In this document: one piece after another, positions 51,891-61,082 of the stretch
Layout of the letters: each line of letters begins with the position of its first letter
Numbering within the stretch: the stretch's first letter is position 1
Made by a program: the position numbers and the translations under genes
Assembly (NCBI GenBank): GCA_963811105.1
Contig: CAWEPZ010000011.1
Location: 864,001-928,000, forward strand
Direction: 5' to 3'
DNA: 64,000 nucleotides
Source of the DNA: Candidatus Bathyarchaeota archaeon
GTDB lineage: Archaea; Thermoproteota; Bathyarchaeia; Bathyarchaeales; Bathycorpusculaceae
Notes under the pieces: model-generated
Seen by the model: the letters and a program-made list of their open reading frames with translations, nothing else
The model's database searches: none
What the model was told of the DNA's origin: nothing

Positions 51891-52447
51891 CAAAATACAA
51901 CATTATAATTTAACACATAAGTAATTTAATTCTTTTCCAGAATAACCAAGAGCCTAACAAGCTACGCGTTAGAAGTAATATTGAACCAGCACGAACAAAC
52001 CGACAATTAAAAGAGGTTAACATAATCAAGGCAAAATGTCCATTTCTGAATCAAGTTCCTTAGACTAAAGTTCTGTCAAATTGGTTCGATCTGCAGTTCT
52101 ACGAATTTGCTTTTGAACTGGCGGTTACATTTTGTTTATTTGAGGCGGAACCTTGAATCAAAAAACATCAGAAGCAGCCTAAGCCGAAAACACATAACCG
52201 TATCCATGCAATATGTAAAAAGATGCTGAATCCAGATTAGAAAAAATTGAATTCTTGCCAAACTTATTAAAAATTCAAAGATATCTTGGATTAATTTGTA
52301 GTTGCTATCTTGTAGTCACACAGGCTTAAGAGACCGAAATAACTCTGAGATATTTGTGAACATTTTGAAATTTCAAATTTTAAGTAAAGACATAAACTTT
52401 GTTGCTTCGCACCGAGGGAATCCTTATCCTTCAGCTGGTGTCAGGAT

Positions 52448-53302
52448 TTGGCTGGCGTAGAGGAAATTCAAGATCGGTTCAAGATGACCGACGGATTCGG
52501 CATTTTCTACAGACGTTGGAGACCTCAAGGTGAAATCAAAAGGGTTTTGCTTGGGCTCCACGGCGCAGGTGGCCATTCTGGAGGTTTTCTTTTCTTAGGC
52601 AACCGATTGGCAGAAGAGCAGGGTACAGATGTTTACGCAATTGACCGCAGAGGTTTCGGAAACTCGGTCGAAATGGGATTTGAGAGAGGAAACATATCGA
52701 ATTTCAAAAGGTATGTTAAAGACATCGATGATACATGCAATCTGCTAAGAACTAATAATCCTGGAAAGAAGTTTTTCATCTACGGACATAGCGAAGGAGC
52801 ACTCCACGCACTTCATTACGCAGCGATTAACCCAGGATCAGTAGACGGATTGATACTGGCGTCTCCTGGCATTAAGCCGAAAGCTAAGCCATCGCCAAGT
52901 CTGGTTTTACGTGTTCTCTTGCTCCGAGCTCTTTCTCCTAATACACTCATTGATTCGCTAAAATATTCGCCCAAAGACCAGAGGGAGAGCAAGGAGATTA
53001 AGGTGACTATGGAAGATCCCCTAGTGACTCTCAAGTTCAGCGCCAGATACCTCTATGGCGCGTCATTTTTTTCAGGTACTGCACTGTCTAATGCCAAGGC
53101 CGTTCAAGATCCAACTCTCATACTTCAGGGTGATTCAGACAATGCGGCGATGCCGGAGGGTGCCCAGATACTTATGGAAACCCTCGCGGCAAAAGACAAG
53201 ACCCTTACAATTGTCCCGGGAGCTGGCCACCTTTTAATGTATGAACCCTCGAAAAGGGATCAAGTAATCTCAGCAGTTAGAGACTGGCTGGAAGCTCATT
53301 AA
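52448..53302 (+). CDS. Alpha/beta hydrolase (lysophospholipase-like)
   Basis: HGAGGH, DRRGFG, GHSEG nucleophile elbow, QGDSD, GAGH. Confidence 0.9.
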   Translation: MAGVEEIQDRFKMTDGFGIFYRRWRPQGEIKRVLLGLHGAGGHSGGFLFLGNRLAEEQGTDVYAIDRRGFGNSVEMGFERGNISNFKRYVKDIDDTCNLLRTNNPGKKFFIYGHSEGALHALHYAAINPGSVDGLILASPGIKPKAKPSPSLVLRVLLLRALSPNTLIDSLKYSPKDQRESKEIKVTMEDPLVTLKFSARYLYGASFFSGTALSNAKAVQDPTLILQGDSDNAAMPEGAQILMETLAAKDKTLTIVPGAGHLLMYEPSKRDQVISAVRDWLEAH

Positions 53303-53463
53303 TTAAATTAAACAATGCCAAAAAGCTAAAAAGAACTCTAAGAAACGGTGTAATTGTCCAATATTCTTCCCTGTTTTCCTCCACGGATCAGAGCTTTCCA
53401 AGATCTGATTTTTCTTCATGTTTTTCGTGTCCGAATACGGGCAAATTCACAAAAATTTCTCTC

Positions 53464-53613
53464 CTACATTAGATCGTCAAATATGCTGTCGGATTCTTCT
53501 GTTAATTGGTCATCCCAGCATTCCCAGCACAAATCCTCAAAGTCTTCTCTATCATGCTTGCCGATTGCTTTTCCACAAACCTTGCATTTTCTGACATTTT
53601 GTTCTTCAGTCAC
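53464..53613 (-). CDS. 49-aa zinc-binding small protein (below the ORF-track cutoff)
   Basis: (GTG)TEEQNVRKCKVCGKAIGKHDREDFEDLCWECWDDQLTEESDSIFDDLM*. Confidence 0.65.
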   Translation of the reverse strand: MTEEQNVRKCKVCGKAIGKHDREDFEDLCWECWDDQLTEESDSIFDDLM

Positions 53614-53773
53614 TCAAGTCTCGCTCCAATTACATTTTAATATCTCAGAGGTTAGCATCGTGTGGTTTATTTCCTCTTGGAGATTACGCATATTAAGACC
53701 TCATTGTTACTAATTTTTTCGATAATTTAAGAATTTGTGGCTGTAATCCGTAGACAAGTTGCGTAACTGATTT

Positions 53774-54033
53774 TCAGAGGTAGGCTTGGTCATGGTGGGT
53801 ATGCTTTATGATTTGGACGGTAGGCGGGGTTTCTATTGTTCGGTATATGAGCACGAATGGTCCGATGTGAACTCTTCTAAGCCCTTCTAGTGGATGTTTA
53901 ATGGTTTAAACTGGTAGGGGTCTGTTGGAATCTGCTGAATTTTCTTATTCACTGCTTCTAGCTGTTTTCTATCTTTCTTGAGAAGCTTTCTAAATGTCTT
54001 TGAAGTTTCTTCTTCAATTTCAAGGCTGTACAA
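53774..54033 (-). pseudogene. RelE/ParE-family toxin, 1-nt deletion in an A-run near 53898
   Basis: MYSLEIEEETSKTFRKLLKKDRKQLEAVNKKIQQI..DPYQFKPL / HPLEGLRRVHIGPFVLIY..HHDQAYL*. Confidence 0.85.
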
Positions 54034-54037
54034 GAGA

Positions 54038-54274
54038 TCACTTTAGGCCAAACTCTTGGGCAAAATCCTTGACTTTAACAAATTTCCCTTTTTTGAGAGT
54101 ATCTTCTACGTCTTTTGCAAATTCAGGTCTAAGTTGGGGTTCAAGCTCACATTCTTCATACCGCTTGATTATTACGCTTAAGGCTTGGCTTCTGTCTTTG
54201 AGGCCATATTTTGCTTTGACTATGTTGATTACTCGGCTTTCCCTTTCATCCAAATTGATTACATTCTTTACCAT
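54038..54274 (-). CDS. DUF2683-family antitoxin
   Basis: MVKNVINLDERESRVINIVKAKYGLKDRSQAL..LEPQLRPEF; directly upstream of relE. Confidence 0.85.
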   Translation of the reverse strand: MVKNVINLDERESRVINIVKAKYGLKDRSQALSVIIKRYEECELEPQLRPEFAKDVEDTLKKGKFVKVKDFAQEFGLK

Positions 54275-54393
54275 CGAAGCCCCTCTAGCAATTACGTCGA
54301 ATAATACAGAATAATAGGATGTTATTTTAGGTATTGCGCCTTCTAAGAACATATTAATCAGACGTCAACTCACAGCTATTTGAGGAAGAATGT

Positions 54394-54597
54394 TTGCCGA
54401 TTGTTCAAGTTTCTGTTTGGGAAGGGATAACACCTGAAAACAAAAAGAAAACAGTTGAAGGAATAACTAAGGTCTTTGAAGATATGGGCGTTCCTAAAGA
54501 TGCAGTCCATATAGTGATTTATGAAGCGCCAAAGAGTAATTGGGCAACGGGCGGAAAGTTACATTCAGAAAAACACGCCCAAACACCCTCACTCTAA
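54394..54597 (+). CDS. 4-oxalocrotonate tautomerase family protein
   Basis: (M)PIVQV catalytic Pro-1; ENKKKTVEGIT..VHIVIYE..NWATGG. Confidence 0.92.
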   Translation: MPIVQVSVWEGITPENKKKTVEGITKVFEDMGVPKDAVHIVIYEAPKSNWATGGKLHSEKHAQTPSL

Positions 54598-54965
54598 CAC
54601 GAATAATTAGAGCGCTGCCTTGTCTCGAGATTAAGCATTGAAATAATAACTTTCAATTAGATTTTGCATCCATAATTTCTGCACATTTAAGCTCTGATCG
54701 GAGGAAAACAAAAAAGGCGCGCTTTCCCGATAACCACCAAAGCGGATTTATCGTTGACGCTTAGCATTAATCGATGCATTAACTTCAGATAGAAGAAAAC
54801 CCATTTTTTGGAAGCGGTTTAATTAACCTTTTAGAAGGGTTTTCCTTAAATGTTTAAATGTGTTGCTGAAGAAAGATGGGTTAATGAAAAAAGGACTTTT
54901 GTCTTTTGCTTTTCTGAAAAAACAAAAAGAAAGAAAAGTAAGGAATCAATTTATTTTAGTAAACA

Positions 54966-55580
54966 TTGGTGCTAATGAAAGTGCAGCTGATTTCTTTAAT
55001 TTATGAGCTTTTCTGGTTTAGCTTTTTTGCGTTTACGTTAGGATATTCTGTAAAAAGGCAAGGGTTTAAGCAATCGTCGGTTTTCTTTTTGCCTGCAGTA
55101 GTTTGGGGTCTTTTACTCGAATATGCTACTCAAGAAGTCTTTCACAGGTATCATTACGGTGGAGGTTTTGTGGTTAACATTGTAAATGTTCCCTTATGCA
55201 TCGCGTTGGCTTGGGCGGCTTTGATGTACATCTGCTATTATGTTTTTACTCAAAAGCTCAAGTTGAAAAATTCAATAGCTGTTGCATTGACTGCAAGTGT
55301 TCCTTTGCTATTGGTGGACGCTTTTATTTTGGAGCCGACAGCTAAGCTATTTGGTTTTTGGGTTTGGACGCCTCAAGGTTTATGGTTTGGCGCCTCTTTA
55401 GGCAATTTTTATGGCTGGTTTTGGGTAATCACGCTATACCTGTCTTTTTACAATTTCTTGCATTGGAAAACAAACGACTGGAGAAAAGCACTTTTGATAA
55501 ATCTTGGACTTATTATAGTAAGAGTCATCATTCTAATCGCTTTACTTCAAGCATATAAAATGGCATTCGGAAACCTTTAA
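54966..55580 (+). CDS. DUF422/CruF-like membrane protein (carotenoid biosynthesis protein family)
   Basis: LLEY..HRYHY..NVPLCIALAW..DAFILEP..GFWVW..GASLGNFYGW. Confidence 0.75.
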   Translation: MVLMKVQLISLIYELFWFSFFAFTLGYSVKRQGFKQSSVFFLPAVVWGLLLEYATQEVFHRYHYGGGFVVNIVNVPLCIALAWAALMYICYYVFTQKLKLKNSIAVALTASVPLLLVDAFILEPTAKLFGFWVWTPQGLWFGASLGNFYGWFWVITLYLSFYNFLHWKTNDWRKALLINLGLIIVRVIILIALLQAYKMAFGNL

Positions 55581-55714
55581 CAGCTGTTAGTAACTTTTAT
55601 GTTAAAATGGATCTTTAAGTTAGATTTGTTTTAATAAAAAAGGTTGTCAGCTAGCTTGAGTTTGTTAGCTTAATGTTGTTTGTTTCAATGTGTTCTTCTT
55701 TTGAGATTGGATTG

Positions 55715-56134
55715 TTAGATGAACATTGAAACGTCTGCGCCGGCAGCGATGTCAAGGAATGTTGCAGCGCCAACCATGCTATCTACTTCAGGAATAAGGT
55801 CTTCTCTTTTGATTCCAAACATTTCCATCGTTGGTGTGCAGGCGTAGATTGTACATTTGCCGGATTGTTTCATTCGTTTGAGCATATCGTAAGGTGAGGG
55901 ATATTTCATGCGTTCTAGGTTCTTTCGCATTGCTTCTTCAAGATGCTTGTAGTCTCCGGGCAAAACTGCTTTTTCCATGGCGCCTTTTGCTAGACTTTGT
56001 AGCCCCCAGAATGTGAAGTATAGGTGTGCTTCCCAACCCATGGCTACAGATGTCGATGCTAAAATAAAAGCGCAGTAGAGTTTGTCGATTGTTCCGCTTT
56101 GAACAACTAATGCTATTTTTTTGGTTTGATTCAT
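55715..56134 (-). CDS. DsrE/DsrF/DrsH-like sulfur-relay family protein
   Basis: FILAST..AMGWEAHLYFTFWGL..IYACTPTM..VGAATFL. Confidence 0.88.
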   Translation of the reverse strand: MNQTKKIALVVQSGTIDKLYCAFILASTSVAMGWEAHLYFTFWGLQSLAKGAMEKAVLPGDYKHLEEAMRKNLERMKYPSPYDMLKRMKQSGKCTIYACTPTMEMFGIKREDLIPEVDSMVGAATFLDIAAGADVSMFI

Positions 56135-56286
56135 TTTTTTATCACCTTCTTTTCTTGTGGTGCACAATTTTGGCAGCAAAAACTGACTTTTTTTCCGTCT
56201 ATTTCGGTGGTGAAAGCTGCAAGTTGGCAAGGTTCTTTAGTGATTTCCGTGCCACAGCAATTACATTTGGATGTTTCTTTTTTCAT
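56131..56286 (-). CDS. 51-aa TRASH/YHS-like Cys-rich metal-binding protein
   Basis: CNCCG..EIDGKKVSFCCQNC; TAATG overlap with iscU and ATGA overlap with dsrE. Confidence 0.75.
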   Translation of the reverse strand: MKKETSKCNCCGTEITKEPCQLAAFTTEIDGKKVSFCCQNCAPQEKKVIKK

Positions 56287-56669
56287 TATTCCACCCCTTT
56301 GTTTTTCTGCTTTTTTTGGTAGTCTTCGATAGCGGCGTGGAGTGCATCGGCTGCTAGGTTTGAGCAGTGCATTTTCACTGGGGGGAGACCTCCAAGTGAT
56401 TCGGCTACACTTGCGCGAGTGATATTCATGGCTTCGTCGATTGTTTTTCCTTTTGCAAGTTCTGTTGTCATGCTGCTTGTTGCAATAGCTGCTCCGCAAC
56501 CGTAGGTTTTGAATTTAACGTCTTCAATGCGGTTGTCTTTAACTTTTATATACATCGTCATTAGATCTCCGCAGGTGGGGTTTCCAACTGAACCCACTCC
56601 GTCGGCATCAGGGATTTCTCCCATGTTTTGAGGATTCTTAAAATGTTGCATCACTTTTTCAGAATACAT
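56286..56669 (-). CDS. iscU: Fe-S cluster scaffold protein IscU/NifU
   Basis: GNPTCGD, TYGCGAAIA, LPPVKMHCSNL. Confidence 0.96.
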   Translation of the reverse strand: MYSEKVMQHFKNPQNMGEIPDADGVGSVGNPTCGDLMTMYIKVKDNRIEDVKFKTYGCGAAIATSSMTTELAKGKTIDEAMNITRASVAESLGGLPPVKMHCSNLAADALHAAIEDYQKKQKNKGVE

Positions 56670-56670
56670 A

Positions 56671-57858
56671 TTATTTCAACTCCTTAGGAGTTAGAGGAGA
56701 CATATCTCTTAGTCTCTTAACAATATCTGGCATTAAACTTTTTACTTTGTCCACGTCTTCTTGAGTGTTTTCTTTTCCCAAAGTGGCCATTAAGGAACCA
56801 TGTGCATCTTCAGGTTGTAAGCCTAGAGCTAGCAGAACATGTGATGGCTGTAGTGTTTTTGCGGCGCAAGCTGATCCAGATGATGCATAGACGCCCATGA
56901 TATCTAAGCTTAAAAGTATTGATTCGCCTTCGATGAAGCTGTATCTAACTGATACATTGTTGGGTAATCTTTGGGTTGGATGTCCGTTTAAGTATGAATA
57001 TGATATCGGTTCGATGAGACCTTTAATTAGGTTGTTTCGCAACAAAGTTAGTCTTTGGCTTTCGTTTGCCATTTCGTTTTTGGCAATTTCAGCAGCTTTA
57101 GCAAACCCGACAATGCCGGGTATGTTTTCGGTTCCAGAACGTAATCCGCGTTCTTGGCCGCCCCCTTGATTTACAGGTTCTATTGTAGTGCCGGGTTTGA
57201 TGTAGAGTGCTCCTACGCCTTTTGGTCCATACATGTCGTTGCTTGACATTGTGAGCAGGTCAATATTTTCAGTTTGGACATCAATTGGGACTTGACCACA
57301 GGCAGCTGTAGCGTCAACGTGAAGAAAAGCCTTTTTTGAATGCACAATTTTGCTGATTTCTTTAATTGGTTCAATGGTTCCTATTTCGGGGTTTGCGTAA
57401 ACGATTGAAACAAGCGTAGTTTGATCATCTAATTCAGCTTCTAGCTTTTCTAAATCTAAAACCCCAAACTTGTCAACGGGTAGGAAAATGACTTGAAATC
57501 CGTTTCGAATCATCAACTTACAAGGGTTGACAATTGACATGTGCTCAACGCTTGATGTTATAATTTTGTTTCCGCGGCTTTTGTTTCGTCCTGCGATGCC
57601 CCTGATGGCTAAATTGTTGCTCTCCGTTGCGCCTGAAGTGAAAACTATAGCTTCTGGGGTTTCTGCGTTGATTAATTTCGCGATAACTACTCTGCTATTT
57701 TGCAATGTCTGCTTGGCTTCCTGTCCCAAAGTATGCACTGAGGAAGGATTCCCAAAGCTTGAAGTAAAGAAAGGCAACATCGCATCAGTTACAAGTTGGG
57801 CAACTGGTTTTCCGGCTGAATAATCCATGTAAATTCTTCTTGGACTATCGTTTTCCAA
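56671..57858 (-). CDS. iscS: Cysteine desulfurase IscS/NifS
   Basis: GNPSS, FTSGATESNN, HVDA, GPKGVGALY, RSGTEN, SSGSAC; the PLP-lysine motif reads SSNDMYGPKG instead of SxHKxYGPKG. Confidence 0.93.
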   Translation of the reverse strand: MENDSPRRIYMDYSAGKPVAQLVTDAMLPFFTSSFGNPSSVHTLGQEAKQTLQNSRVVIAKLINAETPEAIVFTSGATESNNLAIRGIAGRNKSRGNKIITSSVEHMSIVNPCKLMIRNGFQVIFLPVDKFGVLDLEKLEAELDDQTTLVSIVYANPEIGTIEPIKEISKIVHSKKAFLHVDATAACGQVPIDVQTENIDLLTMSSNDMYGPKGVGALYIKPGTTIEPVNQGGGQERGLRSGTENIPGIVGFAKAAEIAKNEMANESQRLTLLRNNLIKGLIEPISYSYLNGHPTQRLPNNVSVRYSFIEGESILLSLDIMGVYASSGSACAAKTLQPSHVLLALGLQPEDAHGSLMATLGKENTQEDVDKVKSLMPDIVKRLRDMSPLTPKELK

Positions 57859-57878
57859 AATTATGTCCCTTCGTTTGA

Positions 57879-58109
57879 CTATTTCAACTTCTTAATTATT
57901 ATTCGAGTTACGCCGTCTTCCTGTTTGCTTTCCAGAACTTGGTCGCCTAAGTTTTTAGCAAGGTTTTCGATATCAGATTTTGCTGCCGGATCATCCGCTG
58001 TGACTTCCAGAGTTTCTCCAACCTTCATTTCATCCAACTGCAATCTAGTGTTAAAGACCGGTTCGGGACAGAACAAACCTAAGCAATCTAGCGATTTATC
58101 AGCTTTTAT
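57879..58109 (-). CDS. tusA: TusA/SirA-family sulfur carrier; expected start position reads ATA
   Basis: LDCLGLFCPEP, ADDPAA; GAGGT SD followed by ATA AAA GCT GAT. Confidence 0.85.
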   Translation of the reverse strand: MKADKSLDCLGLFCPEPVFNTRLQLDEMKVGETLEVTADDPAAKSDIENLAKNLGDQVLESKQEDGVTRIIIKKLK

Positions 58110-58268
58110 AAAAATAACCTCACATAGATTGAGAAAAAAGCAAACAATAAATGTTTTGCACAAAGTACCAAAATAATCTGTGTAAGAGCTTTACCAAAAA
58201 AGGATGATTGGTTAACTTGAGCATTTTCGGGCGGCATAATTTTCGTTTAACTTCGAAAGATGAAACAA

Positions 58269-58377
58269 GCGGAAAGCGGCATTCAGAAAAACACGCCAAA
58301 CACCCTTCACTATAAATACGCATAAATAGTAACGCACGGTTTCACCTTTTGGCATAAATTCAGAAAACATAATCGCT
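58269..58377 (+). repeat. Partial copy of the tautomerase 3' end plus downstream flank
   Basis: 58269-58340 matches 59469-59540 at 65/72 positions; its first about 45 nt also match the end of 54394-54597. Confidence 0.85.
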
Positions 58378-58456
58378 CAGAGTCTTGTCATCCGCACTTG
58401 GAAGTTAATCATAACCCTTATGTATTACATTGTATTCTGGCTCATTATGATGACTA

Positions 58457-58759
58457 ATGTCTGAGCAAAGTAACGTAGTTACTCTACGTCTTTCAAAACG
58501 TGCCCTACAAAGACTTGAAGCTATACGAACCATTGAGAAAACTGACCGCTCAACATTGTTTAAGGAATTCATTGAAGATGGGTTGCGCAAAAGAACGGTA
58601 AAACTCTACAGCGCGGGCAAATTAAGTGCTGGACGCGCAGCAGAGATCTTGGATATTTCGCTACGGGAGTTTCTTGAACTGCTTGAGCAGGAATGCGTAT
58701 CGGTTAGCTGGGATTCTGCAAGTGTTAAGGAGTACTTGAAGGTAAAATACGGAGAATAA
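58457..58759 (+). CDS. UPF0175-family antitoxin (RHH plus HTH)
   Basis: VVTLRL..DRSTL..LYSAGKLSAGRAAEILDISLREFLELL. Confidence 0.85.
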   Translation: MSEQSNVVTLRLSKRALQRLEAIRTIEKTDRSTLFKEFIEDGLRKRTVKLYSAGKLSAGRAAEILDISLREFLELLEQECVSVSWDSASVKEYLKVKYGE

Positions 58760-58763
58760 CCTT

Positions 58764-59306
58764 TTGCGAATCGTGGTTTCTGATGCAGGACCGCTAATTC
58801 ATCTTGCCCAAATAGGTCAGCTTCAACTTTTGAAGAATCTATTTAAACACGTATCTATAACCGCCAAAGTTAAGAATGAAACAGTTGATGAAGGAATTAA
58901 TCATGGCTTTGTTGACGCCCAGATTATCGGCAAAGCTATTCAAGATGGATGGATAACGGTTGATAATGTTTGTGAGCATCTATCTGGATCAATAGAGCGG
59001 CTAGTGATAGGTGAAAATATTTCACGAGCAGATGCAGAAACTCTTCTGATGGCTAAAAACAAAAATGCAGAACTACTTGTTGACGACAAAGTTGTTGCAG
59101 ATCTCGCAAAAATGTACGGACTCAGAATTTGGAACACATGGACGATATTGCTGGAAAGCCTTAGTGAAGGCTTCATTGAAGTACAAGTTATTAAAAATGC
59201 AATAGACGAACTTGGCAAAAAACGACATAAACTACGTGAAAAACAAGCAGAGGAAATACTAAAAGCAACAAACGCAATAGTAACATGCAAGAAGAAAACT
59301 GACTAA
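58764..59306 (+). CDS. PIN-domain toxin (DUF3368/VapC-like)
   Basis: IVVSDAGPLIHLAQIG..E..ADAETL..LLVDD. Confidence 0.85.
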   Translation: MRIVVSDAGPLIHLAQIGQLQLLKNLFKHVSITAKVKNETVDEGINHGFVDAQIIGKAIQDGWITVDNVCEHLSGSIERLVIGENISRADAETLLMAKNKNAELLVDDKVVADLAKMYGLRIWNTWTILLESLSEGFIEVQVIKNAIDELGKKRHKLREKQAEEILKATNAIVTCKKKTD

Positions 59307-59344
59307 CTAACAACGACTTTTTAAACAGCCGTATCAAGCTATCC

Positions 59345-59565
59345 ATGACTTCTGAAAACAATAAGAAAACCGTTGAAGGAATAACTAGAGTCTTTGAAGA
59401 AATGGGCGTTCCTAAAGATGCAGTCCATATAGTGATTTATGAAGCTCCAAAAAGCAATTGGGCAACGGGCGGAAAGTTGCATTAAGAAAATCACGCCAAA
59501 CACCCTTCACTATAAATATGCATAAATAGTGACGCATGGTCAAAGTCAGAAAACATAATAGCTTC
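59345..59565 (+). pseudogene. 5'-truncated tautomerase copy with premature TAA, plus flank
   Basis: MTSENNKKTVEGITRVFEEMGVPKDAVHIVIYEAPKSNWATGGKLH* (TCA to TAA at 59483). Confidence 0.9.
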
Positions 59566-59706
59566 TACATTGAAAGCCCTTGTATGCTATTGAGGCAGTA
59601 AAAAGTTTGTGCAACATAATATCTTGCCTATAGCCAAAATCTCTTAAAAAGCAAGCCAACAAATTATCCCGCCTCTCAGCACCGAGGCTCCGTCTCAAAT
59701 TGATAA

Positions 59707-59965
59707 TCACTTGTATATGGTTCTTCTGGGACCTATAGCTATAACATATACTCTTTTGTCTTTCTCAGAAACTGCATATATTATACGCAGTTTTCCGACA
59801 CGAAAACCAAAGTTTTCTTTTAAGTCTCCATGAAGGCTTTTTTCAGCGTTAGGATCCTGTTCTAAACCAATTAAGCATTCCTGCAGAGTCGCTTTTCTTT
59901 TCCTTCTAACTTTTGTAGAAACGCTCAGTTTGCCTCGACAAAACAACAGTGAACTTAGGCTTCAA
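59707..59965 (-). pseudogene. RelE-family toxin, frameshifted in an A-rich tract near 59910
   Basis: TTG 59965 gives MKPKFTVVLSRQTERFYK; the other frame continues LEQDPNAEKSLHGDLK..FRVGKLRIIY..IGPRRTIY. Confidence 0.85.
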
Positions 59966-60179
59966 CGTGCTCTTCCTTCAGAAGGGAACGCAAATCCTTG
60001 ACTCTTCCAGCCTTAATGTCATCTTGACCTCGCTTGATAACTTTCATCATTTCTGGATCACTTAAAACGTCGATCGTTTCCATAAGTTCACCCATAAGTT
60101 TAGTAGCTTCCTCCAGCTTTTGCCTGGTTTCACAAAGAAGCTTACGATCGTCCTCATCTAAATATTCAGTCTTAGCCAT
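59955..60179 (-). CDS. Antitoxin of the RelE pair (PHD/YefM-like C-terminus)
   Basis: LMETIDVLSDPEMMKVIKRGQDDIKAGRV; overlaps the toxin start. Confidence 0.8.
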   Translation of the reverse strand: MAKTEYLDEDDRKLLCETRQKLEEATKLMGELMETIDVLSDPEMMKVIKRGQDDIKAGRVKDLRSLLKEEHVEA

Positions 60180-60343
60180 CAACCCACCAAACTAACATTA
60201 TAAAGATGTCTAAGGCAACTAATAAATTTGAAAAAGTCAAACTATTCTTAGATTTGTTGTCTAAGCAGTTCACATAGTAATCATTGAAGCTCTCAAAATC
60301 AACTGGCAACAGGCGGAAAAGCTCCCTGACTACCACTTAAAAA

Positions 60344-60733
60344 TTATTCTATCATCACAGCGTCTTTGATGTTCTTGAAGTGTAAATCTCCCGTTAAAAC
60401 TTTAGCGTTTAATCTCCTAGCAGTAGCTAAGACATAAGCGTCCGCTAGACCAAAATCTTTCAGGGTCTTTCTCATTTCACAATGCAGAAGCCCCGCCTGC
60501 ACAGAGAGTTCTTTATCTACATTCACAATTTGTGAGTTGCTGGACACAACGCTACTTGCCGCTTCGATATCTCGTCTTTCTCGGGCGACTTTGCTAATGA
60601 TTTCTGCAAGCGTTATGGCACATGTGTAAACTTCGTTATTATTCTCATCTAAGATCTTGTTAAGCTTAGCACCGTGTTCACTGCCAACTAGATACTCAAC
60701 CCATGCCCAAGCATCAATTACGTAGTTACTCAA
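60344..60733 (-). CDS. vapC: VapC PIN-domain toxin
   Basis: YVIDAWAWVEY, TLAEI, FGLADAYVLATA, LTGDLHF. Confidence 0.92.
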   Translation of the reverse strand: MSNYVIDAWAWVEYLVGSEHGAKLNKILDENNNEVYTCAITLAEIISKVARERRDIEAASSVVSSNSQIVNVDKELSVQAGLLHCEMRKTLKDFGLADAYVLATARRLNAKVLTGDLHFKNIKDAVMIE

Positions 60734-60929
60734 GCGAAGATTTCAACTCGTCTTCAACTGTGAAGGGAGCCATACCTTTTAAGATACCGAAGCCGTCTTT
60801 TCGGCATTTTTTAACTGTGATTTCGACATACTCGTTTTCCTTTATTTGTTGGAGGTCGACTACTTCTTTGGGAAGAGTAACAACGATGGAGCCGCCGACT
60901 TTTCTGGTCTTGGTTAAGCATTGATGCAT
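60726..60929 (-). CDS. vapB: AbrB/MazE-type antitoxin (VapB)
   Basis: KTRKVGGSIVVTLPKEVV..IKENEYVEI; overlaps vapC. Confidence 0.88.
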   Translation of the reverse strand: MHQCLTKTRKVGGSIVVTLPKEVVDLQQIKENEYVEITVKKCRKDGFGILKGMAPFTVEDELKSSLE

Positions 60930-61019
60930 ATTAATCACTGTTATATTTAATTATACTTTTGTTATACTTAAGGATTTTTCTGTGATTATACCTCAAGATT
61001 TTTGTGAATTGAACAGCCA

Positions 61020-61082
61020 TTGCCAGATCTTCGAGTTGCTCTCGATACAAACGTCTTTGTAAGCGCAATTATTCTTGGATTT
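61020..61082 (+). pseudogene. N-terminal fragment of a PIN-family toxin
   Basis: MPDLRVALDTNVFVSAII, cut off by the tautomerase-promoter copy. Confidence 0.6.

Noticed and set aside
56131-56499. 122-aa ORF as called in the track
   Set aside because: Its first 71 codons overlap iscU out of frame; the real gene likely starts at ATG 56286.
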